Origin: Thermomicrobiales bacterium
Lineage (GTDB): Bacteria; Chloroflexota; Chloroflexia; Thermomicrobiales; UBA6265
Assembly (NCBI GenBank): GCA_035944555.1
Contig: DASZAY010000009.1
Span: 6,908-70,907 of the forward strand
DNA length: 64,000 nucleotides
Reading direction: 5' to 3'
Part shown: positions 38,621-47,879 of the stretch, one piece after another
How positions within the stretch are numbered: the first letter of the stretch is position 1
Layout: every line of letters begins with the position of its first letter
Made by a program: the position numbers and the translations under genes
The notes under the pieces: model-generated
Told to the model about the DNA's origin: nothing
The model's input: the letters and a program-made list of their open reading frames with translations, nothing else
The model's database searches: none

Positions 38621-39463
38621 TTGACCGACCAGCCCCAAGCGTCCTCCACCTCCAGTGAGCCGGTCGCCCGCGTCCGTCCGCCGCTCAGTGAGCGGCTCTA
38701 CCGGACCGAGGCGATCGTCCTCGGCAAGCTCAACCTGGGCGAGGCCGATCGTATCCTGACCATCTTCACTCCGCACTACGGCAAGGTCCGGGTCATCGCC
38801 AAGGGGGTGCGGAAAGCCCGGAGCAAGCTCGGGCCACACCTCGAGCTGTTCACCCGCTGCCAGTTGAACCTGACCCGTGGCCGTGACCTCGACGTGGTCA
38901 CCTCGGCGGAAACGCACGATGCCTACGTCACTCTAAGGGACGACCTGGATGTCCTCGGTCACGCCAGCCACATGGTCGAACTGGTCGCGCGGCTGACCGA
39001 AGACCGGCAGGAGCAGGAGCCGGTCTATGACCTGCTTCGTGGCTCGCTGCGCCTGCTGGCCGACGGGCTGGATCCGTTCGCAGTGACCAGGCATTTCGAG
39101 TTCGCACTACTATCCGCCCTGGGCTACCGGCCGGAGCTGTATCGCTGCCTGAACTGCGACCGGCCCCTTGAGGCGGAGCTCAACCTGTTCAGCATCAATC
39201 TCGGCGGCATGCTCTGCCCGGACTGCCGCGCCACCGATCCCCGCGCGGTCGGGCTCTCGCTCAACGCCCAGAAATATCTGCGCGAGATGGACCGTAACGG
39301 GCTGGTCAACGTGATCAAGCTGCGGCTGCCGCCGGACACCCAGCGCGAACTCGAGGCAGTCCTCGGTGGGTATCTGCGCCACCTGACCGAGCGGGATCTG
39401 ACCAGCCTTGACGTCACCCGTGAGATCCGCCGATCCCTCGCCAGCCAGGTCCCGCCAGGCTAG
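38621..39463 (+). CDS. recO: DNA repair protein RecO
   Basis: YRTEAIVLGKLNLGEADRILTIFTPHYGKVRVIAKGVRK is the OB-fold N-terminus. A Cys4 zinc motif is present (CLNC...CPDC). The start is TTG, following GGAGGA. Confidence 0.85.
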   Translation: MTDQPQASSTSSEPVARVRPPLSERLYRTEAIVLGKLNLGEADRILTIFTPHYGKVRVIAKGVRKARSKLGPHLELFTRCQLNLTRGRDLDVVTSAETHDAYVTLRDDLDVLGHASHMVELVARLTEDRQEQEPVYDLLRGSLRLLADGLDPFAVTRHFEFALLSALGYRPELYRCLNCDRPLEAELNLFSINLGGMLCPDCRATDPRAVGLSLNAQKYLREMDRNGLVNVIKLRLPPDTQRELEAVLGGYLRHLTERDLTSLDVTREIRRSLASQVPPG

Positions 39464-40260
39464 TCCTCGAAGCGCTGCTCCCTTGCGGTCAGCAGCTCTG
39501 CCGCGAGGTCTGCCTCTTTTGGCGTCAGTTCACCGTCGTCGAGTGTCCGTCGTAGGAGGTCCGGCCGCACCGCAGCGGTCCGTCGGATGGACTGCTCCCT
39601 GCGCCAGGCCGCGATCCGGGCGTGGTGCCCGCTGAGCAGGACATCGGGAATGCCCCGGCCGCGGAAGTTGGCCGGACGCGTGTAGTGGGGGTATTCCACC
39701 AGCCCGTCCCCGAACGATTCCTGGGCAATGCTCTCGGCGTCGATCACGCCAGCGACCAGGCGGGAGACCGCGTCGATGATGACCATCGCCGGCAGCTCGC
39801 CGCCGGTCAGCACGTAGTCCCCGATCGTCACCGGCTCGGCGCCGATCTCCTCGATCGCCCGCTCGTCGATCCCTTCATAGTGACCGCAGATCAGCACGAC
39901 CTGAGGGGCCGTCGCGAGCTCATGGGCCATCGCCTGGTCGAAGGGACGCCCGCCGGCCGCCATCAGCAGCACCCGCCGGCCCTCGATCACCGGGAGCGAC
40001 TCGAACGCGTCGACCAGCGGTGGCGCCCGCAGCACCATCCCCGCTCCGCCGCCATAGGGCGTGTCGTCGGCCGTGCGGTGGCGGTCAGTTGTCCAGTCGC
40101 GCACGTCATGGACGGCGATCGCGATCCGCCCAGCCGCCTGGGCCCGCTTCAGGATGCTCTCCTGCATCGGGCTGGTGAACATCCCCGGGAACAGCGACAG
40201 CACGTCGAACCGGACTGCCGGCGATGGGGTCGTCTGGGGCGTGGCCCCGAGCTCATCCAC
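39460..40260 (-). CDS. trmD: tRNA (guanine37-N1)-methyltransferase
   Basis: RFDVLSLFPGMF...TPYGGGAGMVL...LICGHYEGIDERA...GDYVLTGGELPAMV. Confidence 0.9.
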   Translation of the reverse strand: MDELGATPQTTPSPAVRFDVLSLFPGMFTSPMQESILKRAQAAGRIAIAVHDVRDWTTDRHRTADDTPYGGGAGMVLRAPPLVDAFESLPVIEGRRVLLMAAGGRPFDQAMAHELATAPQVVLICGHYEGIDERAIEEIGAEPVTIGDYVLTGGELPAMVIIDAVSRLVAGVIDAESIAQESFGDGLVEYPHYTRPANFRGRGIPDVLLSGHHARIAAWRREQSIRRTAAVRPDLLRRTLDDGELTPKEADLAAELLTAREQRFED

Positions 40261-41005
40261 GGGCGGCCGCCTCGCAGGCGAGTTCGAGCAGGGCCGGCCC
40301 GGCGTCGACGAGATCGTCGAGAATCAGGTCGGCCAGGATTTCCATCGGCGGCATGCGGGTGCCTCGCACCCAGGCCGTAGTGACGCCCAGTTGCCGCGGC
40401 GACACGACGTCGAAGTCGTGCGAGTCACCCACGTGCAGGACCTGTCCAGGTGTCGTCCCGAGGCGTTCGGCGGACAGCCGATAGATGGACGGGTCGGATT
40501 TGTAGAACCCGGCCTCGGCCGAGGTCAGGACGTCGCTGAACAGCTCGCGGATCCCGAAGCGGGTCAGCGTCCAGTCGAGGAACGGGGTGTAGACGGCCGA
40601 CGAGACCACCCCGAGCGTCACGCCGGCGTCCGCGAGATAGCGGACCGCTTCGATCGCGCCGTCCCTGGGCGTGACGTCGTTGTCGAACGTGGCGCGCATC
40701 AACTCATCAACGCCGTCGTGGAGGTCCGCGTCCGTCGCGGCAATACCGAGTCCCGGCAGCACGGACCGGAGGCAGGCGACGGCATCCTGCTCGATTCCGG
40801 ATTCCTTGATCTCGGCCCTGAGTCCGGCATAGAGCGCTCGCCCCTCGGACTTCGTCTCCTCGTCGGGCAGCGGGTGCCCGTGCCGGGCAGCGTGCCAATC
40901 GAGGAAGGCGGGGACCAGCTGGCGGATCTCCAGCTGGAACCAGCGATCGCACTGAGCCAGGGTATCGTGGAAGTCAAATGTGACGGTGATGGGAACAGTG
41001 TCCAC
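40253..41005 (-). CDS. HAD-superfamily hydrolase
   Basis: FDFHDTL (motif I), VVSSAV and GDSHDFDV (motif IV). The start was set at GTG 41005, preceded by GGGAG. Confidence 0.7.
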   Translation of the reverse strand: MDTVPITVTFDFHDTLAQCDRWFQLEIRQLVPAFLDWHAARHGHPLPDEETKSEGRALYAGLRAEIKESGIEQDAVACLRSVLPGLGIAATDADLHDGVDELMRATFDNDVTPRDGAIEAVRYLADAGVTLGVVSSAVYTPFLDWTLTRFGIRELFSDVLTSAEAGFYKSDPSIYRLSAERLGTTPGQVLHVGDSHDFDVVSPRQLGVTTAWVRGTRMPPMEILADLILDDLVDAGPALLELACEAAARG

Positions 41006-41273
41006 GCGACTCCCAACCGTGTGTAAATGGGGACGCCGCTCCGGCCCCCTGCAGGCCCGGACGGTAGCACCGACCGCGACTGCGCGGCAACGCCAGGTTG
41101 GGATCACCGGCGGGCGGTTCCCGGATAGCAGGTCATGCACCGGTGGCATCGACTGCTTATGAGCCTGTTGCGGCTCTCATTAACTCCAGGGCCAGCGTTG
41201 CGCCGTGAACCATAGCCGGGCACTCTTCGGGTGTTGCCCTGTGCGCTGGCAGGGCGGGAGGACGGGAGCCATC

Positions 41274-41984
41274 GTGGACGTCGCCATCGAGATCGCTGTC
41301 GCCAAGACCCACAAGTACGCCAGCCGGGAGAGTGGCGACACCGTCGAGGTGGTGGAGCGGCCGGGCGGCGGGCTGACGCTGGTCATGGTCGACGGGCAGG
41401 GCAGCGGCCGCGGGGCGCGGGACATCAGCCAGATGCTCGTTTCCCGGGCGCTCGGGCTGATCAAGGACGGTGTCCGGGATGGCGTCGTGGCCCGGTCCCT
41501 GAACGATGTCCTGTTCGCTCAGCGCCATGGCAAGGTTTCCGCGGCGCTCGATCTCGTCTCGGTCGACCTGCTCGCCGGCGAGGTCGTCGTGACGCGGCAG
41601 GGGAGTGCCGGCGCGGTTGTCCGCCACGGCGACTGGTCCGAGGCGATCGCCGGTGAGGCCGCTCCGCTGGGCCGGTACGCCCGGACGCGACCCGATATCG
41701 CGCAGTACCCGCTGGAAGCGGGCCTGACGGTGGTGGTCGTCTCCGATGGCATCTCGGGCTCGGGTCGGAAAGCCGGACATGCTCCCTTCGAGCTTGAGAG
41801 CTTTCTGATCGACATCGATCCGGACGCCGAAACCCAGGCCGTCGCCGATGCCGTTCTCGATGCGGCCCGGACTCGTGATGGCGGGTTGCCGGGCGACGAT
41901 TCGACCGTCGGTGTCGTTCGCTTGGTCCCGCTACCGGACCCGGACTCGGTCCGCCGGATGTCCGTCCGTCTTCCAATTGTCTGA
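41274..41984 (+). CDS. SpoIIE/PP2C-like serine phosphatase domain protein
   Basis: SGDTVEVV...LVMVDGQGSGRGA...VVVSDGI...DDSTVGVVRL pattern of PPM/SpoIIE phosphatases. The start was set at GTG 41274, following GGGAG. Confidence 0.65.
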   Translation: MDVAIEIAVAKTHKYASRESGDTVEVVERPGGGLTLVMVDGQGSGRGARDISQMLVSRALGLIKDGVRDGVVARSLNDVLFAQRHGKVSAALDLVSVDLLAGEVVVTRQGSAGAVVRHGDWSEAIAGEAAPLGRYARTRPDIAQYPLEAGLTVVVVSDGISGSGRKAGHAPFELESFLIDIDPDAETQAVADAVLDAARTRDGGLPGDDSTVGVVRLVPLPDPDSVRRMSVRLPIV

Positions 41985-42049
41985 CGCCAGCTCCAACGAT
42001 CGATCGCATACCATTCGGTAACCATTGACCGCATCCGGGGAGGACACCC

Positions 42050-42478
42050 ATGGAGGACTCAGGCACCACCGCGCGTAGGTCGACCGGGACCGCTGGCGGC
42101 ATCGTCATCATCGGTACGTGCGCGTCCGGGAAATCGACCCTGGCCGATAACCTCCGGACCCTCGGCTACGACGCCCAGGTCGTCGCGCAGGAGCACAGCG
42201 ATATCGGGCAGCTCTGGGCTCGGACAGGCCCGTCCGTGGTGATCGCACTGGAGAGCAGCCTGGAGACGATCCGGTCCCGCCGGGGACCGCGCTGGTCGTC
42301 GACCGTCTACGAGCGACAACGGCGGCGCCTGGCCCCGGCGATGCACGCTGCGACGGTCGTGATCGATACCGGCACGACGTCACCCATGGCGACCCTGGCG
42401 GCAGCGGCTTCGGCGATCCGGGCGGCCGGCGTGCTCCCCGGCTCGGCGCCCGGCCGTTCCCCGGCTTCACCGTCCTAG
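42050..42478 (+). CDS. small P-loop NTPase/kinase-like protein
   Basis: Walker A motif IVIIGTCASGKSTLADNL. I recognised no further family features. Confidence 0.5.
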   Translation: MEDSGTTARRSTGTAGGIVIIGTCASGKSTLADNLRTLGYDAQVVAQEHSDIGQLWARTGPSVVIALESSLETIRSRRGPRWSSTVYERQRRRLAPAMHAATVVIDTGTTSPMATLAAAASAIRAAGVLPGSAPGRSPASPS

Positions 42479-43173
42479 TTGGGCAGGAACCGCTGGCCGG
42501 GGTGGTCGATCGGGACCCCCGAGGCTCCTGTCGTCCGGAGCAGTCGCTCTTCCCGGCGGATGATCTCGACGAGTCGGGCCAGTCGCGCCCTGGTGTCGGG
42601 CACCTCCAGCAATTCCTGGCGCTCCCAGCTGTTGACCCAGAGTGTCCAGCTCAGCGTGTAGCTCAGGGCAGTCGGGTCCGCCGGGAGCTCCAGGTTGGGC
42701 GTGGCCATGCCTGACGCCGCGGCTGCCAGACCGATCAGCCGGCCCATCCCTGCCGCCGCCTCGCCGGCCAGACCGTCGACCGAATCGATTTCAACGGACG
42801 GATCGGGCAGCCATTCCACCTGACCAAGGAGATACGGTCCGCTCCAGTCGTGCGCCGTGACGCGGAAGCGCCGGGTGCCGCGCAGGAGGATGTCAGCGCG
42901 ACCATCTTCGTAGGGTCGGATGACGACCAGCTCGGCACCGGTGCCGGTCGAGTGAATCTCTGGCTGGTCGCCGACCTCACGCCCGGACCTGGTCAGGACC
43001 ACCCCGAAGATCGGGTCGGACCCTTCCCGGTCGCGGAGGAGCTGGCGGTATCGTTCCTCGAAGATGTGCAGCGGCATGGGCATGCCCGGGAACAGTGGCG
43101 ATGACAGAGGAAAAAGAGGCAGGGCGGCAGCGGGAAGGGCCGCTTCGCGGTCGTTATGGCTGAGGTCGTCCAT
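42475..43173 (-). CDS. LON N-terminal (substrate-binding) domain protein
   Basis: LPLFPLSSPLFPGMPMPLHIFEERYRQLL...GTGAELV...ILLRGTRRFRV. The start was set at ATG 43173 (MDDLSHN) with GGAG 6 nt upstream. The rest of the 535-aa ORF was rejected. Confidence 0.8.
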   Translation of the reverse strand: MDDLSHNDREAALPAAALPLFPLSSPLFPGMPMPLHIFEERYRQLLRDREGSDPIFGVVLTRSGREVGDQPEIHSTGTGAELVVIRPYEDGRADILLRGTRRFRVTAHDWSGPYLLGQVEWLPDPSVEIDSVDGLAGEAAAGMGRLIGLAAAASGMATPNLELPADPTALSYTLSWTLWVNSWERQELLEVPDTRARLARLVEIIRREERLLRTTGASGVPIDHPGQRFLPN

Positions 43174-43296
43174 CCGAGTCTCCGTTTCGCCCGTTGGCCG
43201 CATGAGCGGCGTATCCGTAGCGTCAGGGCGGTATGCTAGCGGGCGATAATCTGGCGACCGCCTGTGCGCGGTCTTTCCGGGGCAAAGCGGCGAACG

Positions 43297-44235
43297 ATGG
43301 TCATTCACCCGAGAACGCGGGGCACTGAGCGAACGGCTGACCGTGGTGGGATCCTCCCGCTCCGGCGGGAAGATGTCGCCGCCCTGCCACTCTCCTGGCG
43401 ACACAAGCTGAGCTACGGCGAGATCCGCGACCTCGTGCGGGCCTTCCCGGGTCGATCGGTCTACCAGCCGCACACCGGTCATTTCGCATTGATTGGGCCG
43501 TGGCGTCACCGGCTCGATATCGTCCAGGTGATCGACGTCAGCGCCTGGAGCGCCGCGCAGGGCGTGTTTGACGGCGCCGCGACGGCGGCGGGTCAACTGG
43601 GTGCCGATCTCGCGGTGGTCGTCGAGAACGACGAGCGTCGGCGGCCATCCCTGTATGCCAGCTACGGGCTGGAGCACATCGAGGACGTCATCACGATGGA
43701 GCTCGACCGTCCGGCGATGCCCGCCCGGCTCAATCCGCGGCTCCGGTTCGTTCCCGTTCTCCCTGGCACGCCCGATCTGCCGGCCATCCGGCTGGTCGAT
43801 GACCTGGCTTTCCCCTGGCTCTGGCGCAACGGATCCGAAGAGTTCGGGCACTACCTGGCGATGGACGACGTGCACGTCTTCCTGGGATTGCTGGACGACG
43901 AGCCCGTCTCCTACTTTGGCGTGACGGTCTACGATGGGTGGGGCCATCTGGACCGGATCGCCGTCCGGCCGGATCTTCAGGGGCAGGGGGTCGGCAGCGC
44001 GACGCTGGGCGAGGCGTTGTCCTTCCTGATCGCCAACGGCGCCCGCTCGGTTGGACTGAGTACCCAGGCACACAACGAGCATTCCCGCCGCCTCTATGAG
44101 CGATTCGGGTTCGTCCGCCTGCCGCAGAACGACTATCGCATCTACGGCCGGGCACTCGGCGGCCAGTCGCTCGACGACCTGCTGGCGCGTCCTCCCATCG
44201 CCCGATCACGCCTCGAGGAGACACCCCGCCCATGA
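43297..44235 (+). CDS. GNAT family N-acetyltransferase
   Basis: C-terminal acetyl-CoA motif LDRIAVRPDLQGQGVGSATL...RRLYERFGF. The start is uncertain (43264 or 43297). The stop overlaps the aroC start. Confidence 0.7.
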   Translation: MVIHPRTRGTERTADRGGILPLRREDVAALPLSWRHKLSYGEIRDLVRAFPGRSVYQPHTGHFALIGPWRHRLDIVQVIDVSAWSAAQGVFDGAATAAGQLGADLAVVVENDERRRPSLYASYGLEHIEDVITMELDRPAMPARLNPRLRFVPVLPGTPDLPAIRLVDDLAFPWLWRNGSEEFGHYLAMDDVHVFLGLLDDEPVSYFGVTVYDGWGHLDRIAVRPDLQGQGVGSATLGEALSFLIANGARSVGLSTQAHNEHSRRLYERFGFVRLPQNDYRIYGRALGGQSLDDLLARPPIARSRLEETPRP

Positions 44236-45329
44236 CCAGTACCTTCGGTCGCCTGTTCCGGATCACGACCTGGGGCGAGAGCCACGGTCCCGCCCTCGGG
44301 GTGGTGATCGAGGGATGCCCGGCCGGCGTCCATGTCACCGAGGCAGACATCCAGGCGGAACTCGACCGCCGCCGCGTCGGGCAGAGCAAGGTGACGTCGC
44401 CGCGGAACGAGCGTGATCGGGTGACGATCCTTTCCGGCGTCTACGAGGACGTGACGACCGGCGCGCCGATCTCGCTGATCTCCTATAACGCGGACGCTGA
44501 CTCGTCCAAGTACGACAACCTCCGGAACGTGTTCCGGCCCGGTCACGCCGACTTCACCTACTGGGCCAAGTACGGTCACCGGGATCACCGGGGTGGCGGC
44601 CGGTCGTCGGCGCGGGAGACCTGGGGACGGGTCGCCGCGGGCGTGCTGGCCCGGAAGGTCCTCGCTTCGGTCGGCTGCGAGGTCTACGGCTATACCCGCG
44701 AGATCGGCGGGATCGCGATGGAGACCTTCGATCGTAACGCGATCGAGCAGAATCTCGTCCGCTGCCCGGACCCGGTCGCGGCGGAGAAGATGGTCACCGC
44801 GATCACGGACGTCAAGGCCGAGAAGGACAGCCTGGGCGGGGTGGTCGAGGTCGTCGCGACGGGCGTGCCGGTCGGCTTGGGAGAGCCCACCTTCGACAAG
44901 CTGGACGCGTTGATCGGGCAGGCCATGCTCAGCATCCCTGCGACAAAGGGCGTCGAGATCGGTGAGGGGTTTGCCGCGGCCCGATCCCGTGGCAGCGTCA
45001 ACAACGACGCCTTCTATCGCCAGGGCGTCCGCGTCCGGACGCGGACCAACACCGCGGGCGGGACGCTGGGCGGGATCTCGTCGGGCGAGGACATTACCGT
45101 CCGGGTCGCGATCAAGCCGACGTCATCCATCGAGCGATCGCAGCCGACCGTGGATACCGAGGGCAACGAGACGGAGATCACCGTCTACGGGCGCCACGAC
45201 CCGTCCGTCGTGCCCCGCGCCGTCCCGGTCTGTGAGGCGATGCTGGCGATCACGCTGGCCGACCTGTTGCTCGTCAACCGCGCCGCCCGGCTGACCGGCT
45301 CCTATACCGGCTTCGCGGATCAGCAGTAG
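44232..45329 (+). CDS. aroC: chorismate synthase
   Basis: FGRLFRITTWGESHGPALGVVIEGCPAG...GGGRSSARET...GGISSGE. Confidence 0.95.
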   Translation: MTSTFGRLFRITTWGESHGPALGVVIEGCPAGVHVTEADIQAELDRRRVGQSKVTSPRNERDRVTILSGVYEDVTTGAPISLISYNADADSSKYDNLRNVFRPGHADFTYWAKYGHRDHRGGGRSSARETWGRVAAGVLARKVLASVGCEVYGYTREIGGIAMETFDRNAIEQNLVRCPDPVAAEKMVTAITDVKAEKDSLGGVVEVVATGVPVGLGEPTFDKLDALIGQAMLSIPATKGVEIGEGFAAARSRGSVNNDAFYRQGVRVRTRTNTAGGTLGGISSGEDITVRVAIKPTSSIERSQPTVDTEGNETEITVYGRHDPSVVPRAVPVCEAMLAITLADLLLVNRAARLTGSYTGFADQQ

Positions 45330-45456
45330 GCCGATCCGGCCGATGGACCGTCCGGAAGCGCATTGGCAAGGGATGGCAGAAAACAGGGTGTTGTCCGAGC
45401 GAGCCACCGGACACTGGGGCGGAGTGGATGGTCGTGGCGGTGACGGGCGGGATGAC

Positions 45457-46101
45457 ATGGTCCGCATCGTCATCGACGACTCCCGTCCACCCGCACGACC
45501 GCTGGAGTTGCTCGATGCGGTCCCCGGCGGGTGTGTCGTCAGGCTGACGACCTCGCTCGCTGACCGACTGGGATTGGCTGGCGAGACCGAAGTGCTGCTG
45601 GATTCGCTCCGATCGGCATTGGCAGCCGCGGGGATTGCGCTCCAGGACAACGACCATCTCTTCTTCCTGCCCATCGCCGAGCAGTCCGTGGTCCGCGACG
45701 AGTCCACCCCTTCCAACGTCCGGCAGCTCACCGCCGACGACGCCGAAGCGTTCACCCGTTTCACTGAGACGGCATCTCCGGCGGAACTTGGCGAAGCCTA
45801 CGTTGAGCTGGACCACTGACGGGTCTTCGGGGCCTTCGACGGCGACCGGCTGGTAGCCGCCGGGAGCATGTACCCGTGGCGTGGGAGCGACCTCGCTGAC
45901 CTCGGGATCCTGACGTTGCCGGGGTACCGGGGGCAGGGGCTGGGCCGGCGGGTCATCCGCGCGATGAGCGCCTCCGCGCTCGCCGAGGGGTTTGAGCCGC
46001 AGTACCGGTGTCAGGTCGGAAACACCGCGTCGGCCAGCCTGGCGGTGAAGCCCGGGTTCGCACGCTTCGGCACGTGGTCAGTCATCGCCGACGGGGACTA
46101 G
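45457..46101 (+). pseudogene. GNAT acetyltransferase interrupted by one in-frame TGA (45817-45819)
   Basis: ORFs 45343..45819 and 45868..46101 are in the same frame. The sequence between the stop and the second ORF reads RVFGAFDGDRLVAAGS, which is a GNAT beta-strand. The acetyl-CoA motif LPGYRGQGLGRRVIRAM lies downstream of the stop. The N-terminal start is uncertain. Confidence 0.6.
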
Positions 46102-46137
46102 CTCGGCTCCGAGATGTCTGGCTGGAATCCGATGCGA

Positions 46138-46166
46138 GATGCCCCGTCCGCAATGGACGGGGCATC
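46138..46166. terminator. bidirectional hairpin between the GNAT pseudogene and convergent glyA
   Basis: GAUGCCCCGUCC-GCAAU-GGACGGGGCAUC, a 12-bp perfect stem. Confidence 0.6.
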
Positions 46167-46214
46167 CTGTCTGGTGGTGAAACGGAGTCTGTGGCAGAGG
46201 GCTGGGCCGCGAGA

Positions 46215-47756
46215 TTAGTCCGCCGCGACGGCCGCGTCGGCCACCTGCAACCACGGTGCGGATGCGAGCAGTTCGGCGTCCAGTTGCGGATAGAGCGGGT
46301 GGGCGGCGGTCAGGGCGCGGACGCGCTCTCGGGCCTGCTCGACGATGCCGTCGGCGGTAACGAACTTCGCCCGGCTCGGCTTGCCGGAGGACGTCGTCGC
46401 GGCCTTGGTGTTCCCTAGGACCAGCGTGATGATCGAGGCGATCTCTCGCATCTCGTCGCTGCCCATGCCAAGCGTGGTCACGGCCGGCGTGCCGATCCGC
46501 AGGCCGCTCGTGTACCAGGGACCGTTGGCGTCGAAGGGCAGGCTGTTGCGGTTCAGGGTGATCCCGGCCGCCCGCAACGCCGACTCGGCCTGCCGGCCGT
46601 TGAGCCCGTAGGTCTTCTCGACGTCGACCAGCAGCAGGTGGTTCTCGCTGGTCCCCGTGACGACCTCGACGCCCTGCTCGACAAGCGCGCCGGCCAGCGT
46701 GGCCGCGTTCTCGACGATCTGCTGGGCGTAGGCGGCGAACTCGGGCCGGCTGGCCTCCTTGAACGCGACGGCCTTGGCGGCCATCACCTGCGGCAGCGGG
46801 CCACCGAGGATCGCCGGGCAGCCCTTGTCGACCCACTCGGCGAACTCGGCCTTGCAGAGCACCATCCCGCCGCGCGGGCCGCGCAGCGTCTTGTGCGTCG
46901 TCGTGGTGACGATATGGGCGTGGGCGACGGGATCGTACGGCCCGTCGAAGACCTTGCCCGCGACCAGCCCGGCGAAGTGGGCCATATCCACCATGAAGAC
47001 CGCCCCGACCTCGTCTGCGATCTCGCGCAGGCGCTGGAAGTTGATCCGCCGGGGGTAGGCGCTATAGCCCGCGAGCAGGACCAGCGGGCGAACCTCGAGG
47101 GCCTGCTGGCGGATCTGCTCCAGGTCGAGAAGACCACTGTCGCGGTCGACGGCGTACTGGTAGACGTCGAACAGCCGGGCCGAGATGTTGTGGCGATAGC
47201 CGTGGGTCAGGTGACCACCGGAGTAATAGTCGAGGGCGAGGAGCTTCTGGCTCGCCAGCTCAACCCTGATCGCCTCCCACTGCTCACGGGTCGCCTTGCT
47301 CGGGTCTTCCAGTCCCATGCGCTCCAGCGCCGGCGCCTGGACCCGTGCCGCGACGATCGCCGAGAACGCGACCAGGTTGGCATCGGCACCGGAGTGGGGC
47401 TGAACGTAGGCGTGGTCGGCGCCGAACAACTCGCAGGCTAGGCGGGCGGCCTCGGCCTCGATCAGGTCGACGTTGTCGCAGCCGGCATAGAAGCGGTGAC
47501 CAGGGTAGCCCTCGGCGTACTTGTCGCTGAACAGGTTGCCCTGCGCGAGCTGGGAGGCAAGCGACGAGTAGTTCTCGCTGGCGATCAGCTTCAGGCTGTC
47601 GCGCTGGTCCTGCAGCTCGCGGACGATTGCGGCGGCGGCGACCGGCGAGACGTCGGCGACGGTGTCCAGAGCGGCGTAGTAGGCGACTGCGGCGGAGTCG
47701 ACCGGGGAGGGAGACGAAGCGAGGTAGCGGCCGAGCAGACCGGTCGTGCTGTCCAT
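46215..47756 (-). CDS. glyA: serine hydroxymethyltransferase (long form, 513 aa)
   Basis: LKLIASENYSS, YAEGYPGHRFYAGC, GGHLTHG and the TTTTHKTLRGPRGG PLP-lysine motif. It has extra N-terminal, internal and C-terminal segments relative to the usual form of about 420 aa. Confidence 0.9.
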   Translation of the reverse strand: MDSTTGLLGRYLASSPSPVDSAAVAYYAALDTVADVSPVAAAAIVRELQDQRDSLKLIASENYSSLASQLAQGNLFSDKYAEGYPGHRFYAGCDNVDLIEAEAARLACELFGADHAYVQPHSGADANLVAFSAIVAARVQAPALERMGLEDPSKATREQWEAIRVELASQKLLALDYYSGGHLTHGYRHNISARLFDVYQYAVDRDSGLLDLEQIRQQALEVRPLVLLAGYSAYPRRINFQRLREIADEVGAVFMVDMAHFAGLVAGKVFDGPYDPVAHAHIVTTTTHKTLRGPRGGMVLCKAEFAEWVDKGCPAILGGPLPQVMAAKAVAFKEASRPEFAAYAQQIVENAATLAGALVEQGVEVVTGTSENHLLLVDVEKTYGLNGRQAESALRAAGITLNRNSLPFDANGPWYTSGLRIGTPAVTTLGMGSDEMREIASIITLVLGNTKAATTSSGKPSRAKFVTADGIVEQARERVRALTAAHPLYPQLDAELLASAPWLQVADAAVAAD

Positions 47757-47879
47757 GACGCGTGATCCTCCGGGTGCCGAAGTGAGCCGGGCGTGTCCAG
47801 ATGACGTGTAGTACTGATGCTACACCGCCGGGGCCAGACGGGATGTTCAGTTCAGGATGGAAACCACCGTGCGCCTCTG

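Noticed and set aside
42475-44082. 535-aa minus-strand ORF
   Set aside because: Only 42475..43173 (the LON N-terminal domain, with its own Shine-Dalgarno sequence and ATG) is credible. The upstream part is antisense to the GNAT gene at 43297..44235.
45817-45819. TGA as selenocysteine or as Trp (genetic code 4)
   Set aside because: TGA functions as an ordinary stop at several well-defined gene ends in the window (for example hrcA 26083-26085 and otsB 11009-11011). I saw no convincing SECIS-like hairpin immediately downstream. A nonsense mutation or sequencing error is more parsimonious.
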